This document shows positions 56,232 to 64,000 of a DNA stretch of 64,000 nucleotides, in pieces. The notes below the pieces were generated by a model. It did not search any database. It was not told where the DNA came from and saw nothing but the letters and a program-made list of their open reading frames with translations. Every line of letters begins with the position of its first letter. Position 1 is the first letter of the stretch. This DNA comes from Dehalococcoidia bacterium (GTDB taxonomy: Bacteria > Chloroflexota > Dehalococcoidia > Lucifugimonadales > Lucifugimonadaceae), in the NCBI GenBank assembly GCA_002710135.1, contig PAOY01000035.1:448-64447 (forward strand), in the 5' to 3' direction. The position numbers and the translations under genes are program-made.

Positions 56232-56854
56232 TACAATTGATGTTGTTTAGGCCAAGGAGGCTGGGGTTTTTTTAATTCACCAAAATATGTATTATTAGCA
56301 GACAAGATTTTTATTGCATTAAAAAATTCTAAAGAATCATTGTATGGAGGGGTAAAAGTTTTCAAAAAAACAGTATTTTCATCAGAAAATTCTATTGTTG
56401 GAGTTCCGAATATACCTTTTCCTTCAGCTTCTAAATGTGAGGATGCAATAAAATCTAAAGAATTTTTAGAATGTAAGTCTTCATTAAATTTTTCTGAAAA
56501 AATATCTAGTGATTTTGCTAGATTTATAATATATTCTTCACTTCTAACATCTATTCTTTTAACATGCTTGTCCTCAAAAATTGCCCTCATATATAATTGC
56601 CCTGCCTCTTTAGATATATTTCTTGCTGCGATCCCTCCTAAATGAGGCCAAATACCTCTACTTATATATTCAGATAAGTTTTGTTCCCAGGCTAACCAAT
56701 TATCTTCATTTTCAGAGTTTATTTGTTCTAATAGAAATGGTTGCCATGATATATCTATCTCTGATTTATCTTCAAGATCAAGTAGCCAAAATCCTGCTTG
56801 TCTTACCCATGGACAGGTATAATCAAAAAATACTTTCACTTTCTCAGTAGTCAT
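56231..56854 (-). CDS. DsbA-like thioredoxin-fold protein with a monothiol C-P-W-V motif
   Basis: 207 aa. The N-terminus KVFFDYTCPWVRQA sits where DsbA/HCCA-isomerase-like proteins carry CxxC. GIFGTPT lies near the cis-Pro region. Confidence 0.55.
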   Translation of the reverse strand: MTTEKVKVFFDYTCPWVRQAGFWLLDLEDKSEIDISWQPFLLEQINSENEDNWLAWEQNLSEYISRGIWPHLGGIAARNISKEAGQLYMRAIFEDKHVKRIDVRSEEYIINLAKSLDIFSEKFNEDLHSKNSLDFIASSHLEAEGKGIFGTPTIEFSDENTVFLKTFTPPYNDSLEFFNAIKILSANNTYFGELKKPQPPWPKQHQL

Positions 56855-56896
56855 AATTTTCTCCTTTAGATTAGAATAAATATAAAAAAAAATAAT

Positions 56897-57901
56897 TTGA
56901 ACAGCTCTTTAGACAAAATAAACACATTTATTCAATCAAACAATAATCTTTCTTCTATTATAGATTATTGCAGAGAGTACAAAAGTAAAAATGAAATAAA
57001 AATATATTTGGTGGGAGGCATTATTAGAGACATTATATTAGACTCTAAGTATAGCTTTTTTGATTTAGACTTAATTATTGATGGTAATATAGATCATTTT
57101 GCTAAAAACTTTTCTGAAGATTTGAATTGCAGAATCAATAAAATTCATAATTTTCCTAACTATAAATTATTTTTTAATGATGATCTTGAAATAGATATAG
57201 CTCACGCTAGGTCAGAACAATATAAATCACCTGGTTCATTGCCTGTTTGGAAAAAATCTACAATTAATGATGATTTATTTAGAAGAGATTTCAGCATAAA
57301 TTCAGTTGCAGTAGAAATCCATTCAGATTTTCTGAAAATTATTGATCCCATAAATGGTATAGAGGACATAGAAAATGAAATTATTAAAGTTTTACATAAT
57401 AACTCATTTAGTGATGATCCTACGAGAATATATAGAGCCATAAGGTATAGATCTAGACTTCAATTTGATTTTGATAAAAACACAAAATTATTATTTTATG
57501 ATTCAATTAAAGATTTAAATAATCTATCTATCTTTAGAAAGAATAAGGAAATTTTAAAGTTCTTAGAAGAAGAAAATATTGAAAATTTTCTAAGTATAAA
57601 AGGCAAAGATAGTATTGTTGACTCATTATTTCCTAAAAATTTTTTGAATAAGTTAAGTTTTGTTGATAAGAATTTCTGGAAAAAATCTAATATAAAAGAA
57701 AAAATATTCTTTGCTTTTTTTTCAGTTGAAAATCAAACTAGAAATGATTTTCTTAATTCTATGAATTTTTCTAAAAATGATATGAAGGAAATTTCATTAT
57801 TTTTCGAAATTAAAGAAATTGTAGAAAACAATAATTTACAAAACCCTGAAGATTTGAGTTTAGATAAAGATTTTATTTCTAATTTATATCATTGTTTATA
57901 G
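56897..57901 (+). CDS. class II tRNA nucleotidyltransferase / poly(A) polymerase-family protein (short form)
   Basis: 334 aa, TTG start. Motif A is LVGGIIRDIIL...DLDL, motif B is FRRDFSINSVA, and motif D-like is FSDDPTRIYRAIRY. Confidence 0.7.
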   Translation: MNSSLDKINTFIQSNNNLSSIIDYCREYKSKNEIKIYLVGGIIRDIILDSKYSFFDLDLIIDGNIDHFAKNFSEDLNCRINKIHNFPNYKLFFNDDLEIDIAHARSEQYKSPGSLPVWKKSTINDDLFRRDFSINSVAVEIHSDFLKIIDPINGIEDIENEIIKVLHNNSFSDDPTRIYRAIRYRSRLQFDFDKNTKLLFYDSIKDLNNLSIFRKNKEILKFLEEENIENFLSIKGKDSIVDSLFPKNFLNKLSFVDKNFWKKSNIKEKIFFAFFSVENQTRNDFLNSMNFSKNDMKEISLFFEIKEIVENNNLQNPEDLSLDKDFISNLYHCL

Positions 57902-58760
57902 CATGAACTAAATGGTCTCCACCCCACATATCTGCCCTACTTGCTAATCTTTGTCTGTGAAAAATATATTGCTGTGCATGTGATGAAAGATTTCCAAATT
58001 TCTTTTTTGCTTTATCGCTAGCTTTTTCAGGAGTGATTTTTTTTGGATATTTGTACCAGCGTATAAGTCCTTTTAAAACATGCCTGTCTACTGGAAAAGA
58101 TTCTTTTTTATCGAAAGAATAAGCTAATATGCAATCTGCAACTTTTCTTCCTATTCCTTTGATTTTTACTAGACTATTAAGGGATTCTTCATACGTGGAT
58201 CTTCGTAATTTATCTATACTTGTTTCTTCATCAATTAATGATTTGGCCAAATTAATAATGTAAGGAGCTCTGAATCCAAAACCTAACTCTCTAAGCCTAT
58301 TTTCACCAATTTGATAAGTTTTGGCAGGATCTGGGAATATATCATTATTGATTTGTCTAAGTAATCTCATATGATATTTAATTCTTTCAAGGTTTGAACA
58401 AGAAGATGTTATGAATCCAACCATACATTCCCATTCCTCTTGCTTTAGAATTCTTAATCTTGGATATTTTTCAATCACAGGTGAAATAACGCTATCTTCA
58501 AGTAATATATTAAAATTTTCAAGTGAGTATGGGTCTTCTCCTAAATAGTATAAAAACCTTTCTTTTAGATCGTCTTCTAAAACTCCATTAAGAACTTCAA
58601 CATGAATAGATTCATCTTTTTCGGTTACAAGCAGTTCAGAATTTCTAAAATATCCTCTATATGAATTTTCTTTTTCTATTATTTTTTGCCAGGCAAAAGA
58701 CTGACCTGAATCTAGAGTATTTAATAAATCTATATTTTCTTTTAATACAAAATTATTCAT
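57879..58760 (-). CDS. ogg: 8-oxoguanine DNA glycosylase/AP lyase (Ogg1-type HhH-GPD)
   Basis: 293 aa. HhH-GPD motif IKGIGRKVADCILAYSF...FPVDRHV carries the Ogg1-type Lys and Asp. Confidence 0.75.
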   Translation of the reverse strand: MNNFVLKENIDLLNTLDSGQSFAWQKIIEKENSYRGYFRNSELLVTEKDESIHVEVLNGVLEDDLKERFLYYLGEDPYSLENFNILLEDSVISPVIEKYPRLRILKQEEWECMVGFITSSCSNLERIKYHMRLLRQINNDIFPDPAKTYQIGENRLRELGFGFRAPYIINLAKSLIDEETSIDKLRRSTYEESLNSLVKIKGIGRKVADCILAYSFDKKESFPVDRHVLKGLIRWYKYPKKITPEKASDKAKKKFGNLSSHAQQYIFHRQRLASRADMWGGDHLVHAINNDIN

Positions 58761-59154
58761 ATTTATCGAAAGCCAATGACAGTAATATCGGATAAATAAA
58801 GGTTATATTTACTAGACTTATCAAAACAAGTATAAAAATATGCTTCAATCCAACCTTTTCAAAAATATATAAATAAATACCATAGATTGTTAGTATCCAA
58901 AAAGTTAGCAAAATTAAGAAAAAATAGGACAAATATTCAAAAGACTTTATTGAATTAAAATGAAAATAAATATTAGGTAATATGTACGATATGGATAAAA
59001 AGACAAAAGTAAAAATATTAATTATAAGAATATTTTTGGGTAAATCATCATTGCCCTTATATGAAAAAAATTTATATATATTTATGTAGGATGATATAAA
59101 TAACCAGTTTGAAAATAACAATATCATAGATAAAGCAATATTATATATACTCAT
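58753..59154 (-). CDS. small integral membrane protein, unknown function
   Basis: 133 aa with 4 hydrophobic segments. Overlaps ispE by 4 nt and ogg by 8 nt, so it is probably translated. Confidence 0.5.
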   Translation of the reverse strand: MSIYNIALSMILLFSNWLFISSYINIYKFFSYKGNDDLPKNILIINIFTFVFLSISYILPNIYFHFNSIKSFEYLSYFFLILLTFWILTIYGIYLYIFEKVGLKHIFILVLISLVNITFIYPILLSLAFDKYE

Positions 59155-59984
59155 AGTAACTGTGCCTTGATAGCTAAGATATCTAAACCTGAACTATCCA
59201 CTAATGACTTGACTTTATTAGAGTTTTCTTCAGAATTTTGAATCGAATAATAGGTTGGACCAGCTCCAGACATTGAAAGATCCTTAATACCCAAAGATTC
59301 TAATTTATATTTCATTTCCTTCAGATTCTTAAATAAACCTAATGCTGAATTTTCTAATCCGTTGAACAAAGGACCTTTTATTATTTCATTACTATTTATT
59401 TTTTCTAATAATTCTTTTTGTTTCATTCCATCAGTAAACTTAAGATTATTATTGAAAATCTGTTTAGTTTTTTCATAGATTTCATGCTTAAAATGGAAAA
59501 TAACAATATGTTTTATTGAAGGATTTTTAATAAATTTAATTATATCTCCTCTACCTGAAATATTTGCAGATGAATTTGATAAAAAAAATGGAATATCTGA
59601 ACCGAATTTTAATGCTATGTCAAACTTTTCTTTAGAATCTAAATTTAGCTTAAATATCTGATTTACAGCTTCAATAGTAGTTGCAGCATTTGAAGAACCT
59701 CCACCCATTCCGGAGGAGTAAGGAATATTTTTTAATACTTTAATAGATAACTTATTCTTTGTTTTATACTTATCAGTCATAAAATTTAATATTCTAAAAA
59801 CAATATTATTTTCTTGGTTTATTCCTTCTTGATGAACTGAATTTATATCAGAACTTAACAATGTTATTTCATCATAAAGATTAATTTTTGAAATTATTGT
59901 TGATATTTCATGAAATCCATCTGTTCTTTTACCCAATACCTCCAAACCTAGATTTATTTTTGCATAACTTTTATATTTGTTCAT
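59151..59984 (-). CDS. ispE: 4-diphosphocytidyl-2-C-methyl-D-erythritol kinase
   Basis: 277 aa. Motif AKINLGLEVLGKRTDGFHEI and the GHMP motif PYSSGMGGGSSNAA. Confidence 0.85.
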   Translation of the reverse strand: MNKYKSYAKINLGLEVLGKRTDGFHEISTIISKINLYDEITLLSSDINSVHQEGINQENNIVFRILNFMTDKYKTKNKLSIKVLKNIPYSSGMGGGSSNAATTIEAVNQIFKLNLDSKEKFDIALKFGSDIPFFLSNSSANISGRGDIIKFIKNPSIKHIVIFHFKHEIYEKTKQIFNNNLKFTDGMKQKELLEKINSNEIIKGPLFNGLENSALGLFKNLKEMKYKLESLGIKDLSMSGAGPTYYSIQNSEENSNKVKSLVDSSGLDILAIKAQLL

Positions 59985-60729
59985 ATTTTTTATAATTTTT
60001 ATAAATATTTTCCCAATTTTCTAACTCAAGATGTTGAGGTCTTAAATCATCCTTAACTTTGGATTCTTCTAGTAATTTTTTTACATTTAGTAAACTTAAT
60101 TTTAATCCCATGCTCAGTGAATTTGAAATTTTTTTTCGTGGATTAGAAAATCCTTTTTTTAGAAATTCCACATAATCATTATCGATCTTAACATTTTTAG
60201 GGGTTATTTTAACTGTCATAGAATCAACTTTGGGAATTGGGTAAAATTCATGATTCTTAATTATTAATAGTTTTTCAACATCAGAAAAAGACTGAATTAA
60301 TAAGCTTAGAAAACTTTTTTTTCCAGTTCCAGCAACAATTTGTTCTCCAACTTCTTTTTGGACTGTAAAAACCATAGAATTTACATTTTCTTGGCTCATA
60401 AAATTCCTAATTATTATATTTGATGCATAATATGGCAGGTTGCCAATTATATTTATTTTTGAATTACTTCTCACTTTATAAGTTCTTGCATCTTCATGAA
60501 TTATTTTTACATTATATTTTTTATATCTGTTACTTAGTGGTGTAATCAAATCCGAATCAAATTCTAAAAGAGTGATATTTTTATACTTTTCTACCAAGAA
60601 ATCTGTTAAGGCTCCATCTCCAGGGCCAATTTCCATAATATCTATATCTTTTTCGAATTTAGATAATTCAACAATACTTTCAGAGATTACTATATTTCTC
60701 AAGAAATTTTGACCTAATTTTTTTTTCAT
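59971..60729 (-). CDS. rsmA: 16S rRNA (adenine1518/1519-N6)-dimethyltransferase
   Basis: 252 aa. Motif KKLGQNFL, SAM motif EIGPGDGALT, and GNLPYY. Confidence 0.9.
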   Translation of the reverse strand: MKKKLGQNFLRNIVISESIVELSKFEKDIDIMEIGPGDGALTDFLVEKYKNITLLEFDSDLITPLSNRYKKYNVKIIHEDARTYKVRSNSKINIIGNLPYYASNIIIRNFMSQENVNSMVFTVQKEVGEQIVAGTGKKSFLSLLIQSFSDVEKLLIIKNHEFYPIPKVDSMTVKITPKNVKIDNDYVEFLKKGFSNPRKKISNSLSMGLKLSLLNVKKLLEESKVKDDLRPQHLELENWENIYKNYKKYEQI

Positions 60730-60745
60730 ACAATTTTATAGATAT

Positions 60746-61933
60746 CTAATATATTCTTCTGCCTAATGATGGAGAATCAATTTTAATTACATTACCGACT
60801 GTAAAACTATCCAAAGCTTTTTCATCAACTTCAATCCCTAGACCATTTCCAGTTGGAAGATCTATTCTACTATTTTTATGAGTAAAAATATCATTAGTCA
60901 GGTTTTCTCTTACAGGATGAGGAGTTCTATCGCATTCTAAGACTGATTCATTCTCATAAGGTATATCTTTCATACCTATTTGTGTAATTGGTTGAACTGA
61001 TAATGAATGAAGCGCAGCAGCAAATGATATTCCTGTACCCCAAAAGTGTGGATTGAACTTTTTTCCTAAAGTTTGCGCTATTATTCCAACTTTATTCATT
61101 TCAGAAGGGCCTCCAACAGCGCATATATCAGGTTGAATAATATCAAATACATTATTTATCATTCTTGGCACAATATCCCATCTAGTTGAAAGGCTTTCGG
61201 CACCAGAAATCGGTATCAGTGAGTTATTTCTAACATAAGTATTTGCTGCATCATCTCTCGAAGCGCATGGTTCTTCAAACCATTCTAATTCAACTTCAGA
61301 TACCAGTTTTGTAAATTTTATAGCTGAAATTGGATCGTATGCTTCATTTGCATCAAACATTAATTTTATACCATCACCAATAGCTTTTTTTACTTCTATT
61401 ACCCGTTCAGCATCTTCTTTTAGGGTTAGAGCTCCAATCTTCATTTTCATACCTTTGTAACCGCATGATGCATGTTCTTCAGCTTCTTTAATTAGATCAT
61501 TGAAAGAATAATCATTTACATAGTATAAACCTGTGGCATAAACAGGAATTGAATTTCTAAAATTACCTCCTAAAATTTGAGAAGCAGTCTTATTTTCATA
61601 TTTTCCTACTATGTCGTATAAAGCAGTATCTAAAGCACTTATAGCATACACTGCTGATTTAGCAAAAACATGACCTTGAAATGTCGATCTATACAATTTA
61701 TTCCATATTTTTTGAATATTTCTTGGATCTTCTCCAATTGAAAATTTTAAAACGGAAGATATAGAATCTAAGTTTTCTAATGAACCAAATGTTTCTCCCC
61801 AGCCGATTATGTCGTTGTCAGTAAATACTTTGATATTTATTACACTTCTAGTATCTGTCCATCTTTGAGACCAAGCAAAAGGATATTTGAGTTTCCCTTC
61901 TAAGTATCTAATTTCAATTTTTTCTATTTTCAT
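60746..61933 (-). CDS. enolase-superfamily enzyme (mandelate racemase/muconate lactonising enzyme family; acid-sugar dehydratase-like)
   Basis: 395 aa. K-x-K motif GYKGMKMKIG. Metal ligands in FDANEAY, WFEEP and a later acidic residue. Specificity cannot be assigned. Confidence 0.75.
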   Translation of the reverse strand: MKIEKIEIRYLEGKLKYPFAWSQRWTDTRSVINIKVFTDNDIIGWGETFGSLENLDSISSVLKFSIGEDPRNIQKIWNKLYRSTFQGHVFAKSAVYAISALDTALYDIVGKYENKTASQILGGNFRNSIPVYATGLYYVNDYSFNDLIKEAEEHASCGYKGMKMKIGALTLKEDAERVIEVKKAIGDGIKLMFDANEAYDPISAIKFTKLVSEVELEWFEEPCASRDDAANTYVRNNSLIPISGAESLSTRWDIVPRMINNVFDIIQPDICAVGGPSEMNKVGIIAQTLGKKFNPHFWGTGISFAAALHSLSVQPITQIGMKDIPYENESVLECDRTPHPVRENLTNDIFTHKNSRIDLPTGNGLGIEVDEKALDSFTVGNVIKIDSPSLGRRIY

Positions 61934-62058
61934 AAATTTTTGATTAAATATTTTTTAATAATAAAGTATGAGTTATTTTTTTATAACATTTTTTGCTATT
62001 TTTTCATTTTATATTTATCATGGGTTCATGAGGGCAAATTTTAAAATCATTAAGATTT

Positions 62059-62877
62059 ATGATTAATAACAAACTTAATTGGGCTGTAATCCCATGTGCA
62101 GGTTTGGGTACCAGGCTTTATCCTGTTACTAAATCGGTTCCAAAATCAATGCTACCTGTAGGAAATTATCCTATTATTCATTTTGCAGTAAAAGAAGCTA
62201 TATCTGTAGGTATAGAAAATATTTTAATCATCATTGGAGATGGAATGGATTCAGTAAGATCCTATTTTACAGAATCTACTAAAAATAATTTAGATAATGA
62301 TGATGAAAATATAGATATTGAGCAGATGATAAAATCATCTGATATAAGATTCTTACTTCAAGAAAAACCTTTGGGTGTAGGGCATGCTATAAAATTAACT
62401 AAACGAATTATTGGAGATAATTCGTTTGCTGTTATTTTGCCTGATGATCTTATTTTTTCCAAGCCCAATTCTTTAGCTCAATTGAAAGATTTATATCTGA
62501 AGTATGGTGGTCACGTTCTAGGTCTTAATAAACTGAAAAAGAATGAAATTGAAAAAAAAGGTATTGTTGAATTTGATGAAGAACAAGATCGATTTAAGAT
62601 CAAATCTTTAGTTGAAAAACCAAAGTTTTCTGATGCTCCTTCTGATATTGGAATTTTAGGAAGGTATATACTTCACTATAGTATTTTTGATGACATTATT
62701 GATAATGATCAGGGAGAGACCAACATAACTGATGCTATCTCAGAAAAACTAGGAAAAGCAGAAATTTCAGGGAAAATTTTAGATGGTTATCACTTTGATA
62801 CAGGAAATCCTAGTGGATTAGTTAAGGCTTCTAATTTCTTTATGAAAAATTCAAAACTTATTTTAGAAAAATATTAA
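62059..62877 (+). CDS. galU: UTP--glucose-1-phosphate uridylyltransferase
   Basis: 272 aa. Motifs AVIPCAGLGTRLYPVTKSVPKSMLPV, GVGHAI, VILPDD and VEKP. Confidence 0.8.
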   Translation: MINNKLNWAVIPCAGLGTRLYPVTKSVPKSMLPVGNYPIIHFAVKEAISVGIENILIIIGDGMDSVRSYFTESTKNNLDNDDENIDIEQMIKSSDIRFLLQEKPLGVGHAIKLTKRIIGDNSFAVILPDDLIFSKPNSLAQLKDLYLKYGGHVLGLNKLKKNEIEKKGIVEFDEEQDRFKIKSLVEKPKFSDAPSDIGILGRYILHYSIFDDIIDNDQGETNITDAISEKLGKAEISGKILDGYHFDTGNPSGLVKASNFFMKNSKLILEKY

Positions 62878-64000
62878 TCTATTTTTAAGACTGCCATAAA
62901 TGCTTCTTGAGGAACTTCAACTGCCCCAATCATTTTCATTCTTCTTTTTTTACCTTTAGCCTGTTGTTCTAATAATTTTCTTTTTCTAGTAACATCTCCC
63001 CCATAGCATTTAGCAAGAACATTTTTTCTTAGTGCACTGATATTTTCTCTCGCAACTATCTTACCTCCAATTGCTGCTTGTACTGGAACTTGAAACATTT
63101 GTCTTGGAATTAATTCTTTTAATTTACTAACAAGATCTCTTCCTTTATATGGTGCTCGAGATTTCTCAGTAATTAATGATAATGAATCTACATTTTCATG
63201 ATTAACTAGAATATCTAACTTTACTAAATTAGCATTTCGCTCTTCTATCAATTCATAATCCATAGAAGCATAGCCAGACGAGCAAGATTTAAGACCATCA
63301 AAAAAATCAATTAAAATTTCAGAAAGAGGTAAATAGTGGGTAATTATAACTCTTTGATTTGATATATTTTTTGAATTTTGAATGTAATCAATCTGGCCAA
63401 ACTCTCCTCTTTTATTTGATAAAAATTCTGTGACTTTACCTATATAATTTTCTGGGGTTATAATAGTGGTTTTTACCCATGGCTCAGTAATATAATCAAT
63501 AAATTGTGTTTCAGGCCATTCTGAAGGGTTTTGAATTTTATTAATTTCTCCATTTTTCATATATACACTGTGAGTTACACTTGGTGCTGTTGTTATTAGC
63601 TCAAGGTCATATTCTCTCTCTAACCTCTCTTGTATAATTTCCATATGTAACATTCCTAAAAATCCACACCTAAATCCAAATCCAAGAGCTGCAGAAGTTT
63701 CAGGTTCATAAACTAAACTAGGATCATTTAAGAATAATTTATCAAGAGCATCTCTTAACTCTTGATATTTATCAGAGTCTACAGGGTACAGGCCTGTGTA
63801 AACTGTAGGTGAAGATTCCTTATACCCAATCAAGGGCTCAGAATCTTTATGATCAACATCAAATATCGTGTCTCCAACTTTTATATCCTTTAAGTTTTTG
63901 ATTCCTGTTTCAACGTAGCCAACGTATCCTGTTTCTAATGTTGATGATGAAACTTGATTAGGTTTTAAGTAACCGATATCTATTGCTTCAAGTTCAGTCT
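62874..64000 (-). CDS. lepA: elongation factor 4 (LepA), C-terminal about 375 aa; gene continues past the window end
   Basis: The track ORF (62874-63833) begins at an internal TTG. The same frame stays open to nt 64000 (my translation ...GYVGYVETGIKNLKDIKVGDTIFDVDHKDSEPLIGYKE...). Motifs GFRCGFLGMLHMEIIQERLEREY and the C-terminal LepA domain. Confidence 0.95.
   Translation of the reverse strand, partial: TELEAIDIGYLKPNQVSSSTLETGYVGYVETGIKNLKDIKVGDTIFDVDHKDSEPLIGYKESSPTVYTGLYPVDSDKYQELRDALDKLFLNDPSLVYEPETSAALGFGFRCGFLGMLHMEIIQERLEREYDLELITTAPSVTHSVYMKNGEINKIQNPSEWPETQFIDYITEPWVKTTIITPENYIGKVTEFLSNKRGEFGQIDYIQNSKNISNQRVIITHYLPLSEILIDFFDGLKSCSSGYASMDYELIEERNANLVKLDILVNHENVDSLSLITEKSRAPYKGRDLVSKLKELIPRQMFQVPVQAAIGGKIVARENISALRKNVLAKCYGGDVTRKRKLLEQQAKGKKRRMKMIGAVEVPQEAFMAVLKID

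Noticed and set aside
1848-57441. 32 ORFs of 60-136 aa in the supplied track that lie antisense to, or out of frame within, the long genes. Their coordinates are 1848-2258, 2579-2842, 4649-4990, 5066-5443, 7529-7762, 8083-8331, 10493-10783, 13001-13258, 13411-13680, 14533-14793, 19107-19289, 20033-20296, 20808-20999, 22424-22660, 23588-23857, 26873-27109, 28328-28528, 29040-29348, 35554-35790, 35669-35866, 37998-38189, 38784-39020, 40502-40759, 45025-45234, 46335-46616, 47828-48037, 48752-49009, 51819-52016, 55513-55710, 56340-56645, 56623-56850 and 57202-57441.
   Set aside because: Each is fully or largely embedded in a longer ORF that has clear family motifs. Their translations are low-complexity (runs of I/F/L/S/K, typical of the reverse frame of AT-rich genes). 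None has a recognisable motif or a Shine-Dalgarno signal that I could see. I treat them as shadow ORFs.
1-64000. Selenoprotein genes in this window split by an in-frame UGA, looked for as adjacent same-frame ORF pairs or genes with truncated ends. I also checked read-through of the TGA stops at 22147, 24901 and 36964.
   Set aside because: All genes look full length relative to family expectations. No two neighbouring ORFs share a frame across a TGA. Reading through the three TGA stops hits another stop within a few codons. A proper SECIS or UGA scan was not possible by eye, so this is absence of evidence only.
1-64000. CRISPR arrays, insertion sequences, integrases, prophage remnants, toxin-antitoxin or other defence islands, and rRNA genes.
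   Set aside because: No regularly spaced direct repeats, no transposase-, integrase- or phage-like ORFs and no rRNA-like segments were seen. Apart from the small spacers, every stretch is covered by a chromosomal gene of recognisable or membrane-protein type. RmuC alone is not evidence of a defence locus.

Overview
This is a visibly AT-rich (roughly 30% G+C by eye, not computed), very gene-dense stretch of bacterial chromosome. I can support about 66 protein-coding genes and one tRNA. The tRNA is a selenocysteine tRNA that I folded by hand; RNAs are not covered by the ORF track. I saw no rRNA, CRISPR array, transposase, integrase or long repeat.

Most genes are housekeeping:
- Menaquinone synthesis: menF-menD-menH.
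- DNA repair and recombination: mutL, an ogg-like glycosylase, rmuC.
- Shikimate and aromatic amino acids: aroB/K/C/E in one block and tyrA-like plus aroA in another.
- Translation and RNA processing: alaS, rnd, rnc, rsmA, lepA.
- Other: pyrD, ispE, galU, coaE, gmk and trxA.

The code-11 stops TAA, TAG and TGA are all used. Several genes start with TTG or GTG preceded by Shine-Dalgarno-like GGAG/AGGA motifs.

The gene order alaS-ruvX-aroE-aroC-aroK-aroB and a PAC2-family protein hint at a streamlined Actinomycetota-like lineage. Two large polytopic membrane proteins resemble Chloroflexi/Archaea-type TIGR03662 and TIGR03663 proteins. The taxonomy is inference only.

Loci most worth follow-up:
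1. A seven-gene corrinoid methyltransferase operon at 20.9-26.5 kb. It combines a stand-alone homocysteine S-methyltransferase domain, an MtaA/URO-D-type Zn methyltransferase, a His-on corrinoid protein, a RACo/RamA-type reductive activase and three small or orphan proteins. No pterin-binding module is present. I propose it is a folate-bypassing, corrinoid-dependent route that donates a methyl group to homocysteine.
2. A tRNA-Sec lying 7 nt downstream of trxA, at the end of a nuoE/F/G-like (formate-dehydrogenase-like) operon whose large subunit has no Sec or Cys at the active-site position.
3. A 6.4 kb cluster of envelope or lipid glycosylation-type membrane proteins.

All functional calls rest on motif recognition by eye in the supplied translations. 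No searches were run.
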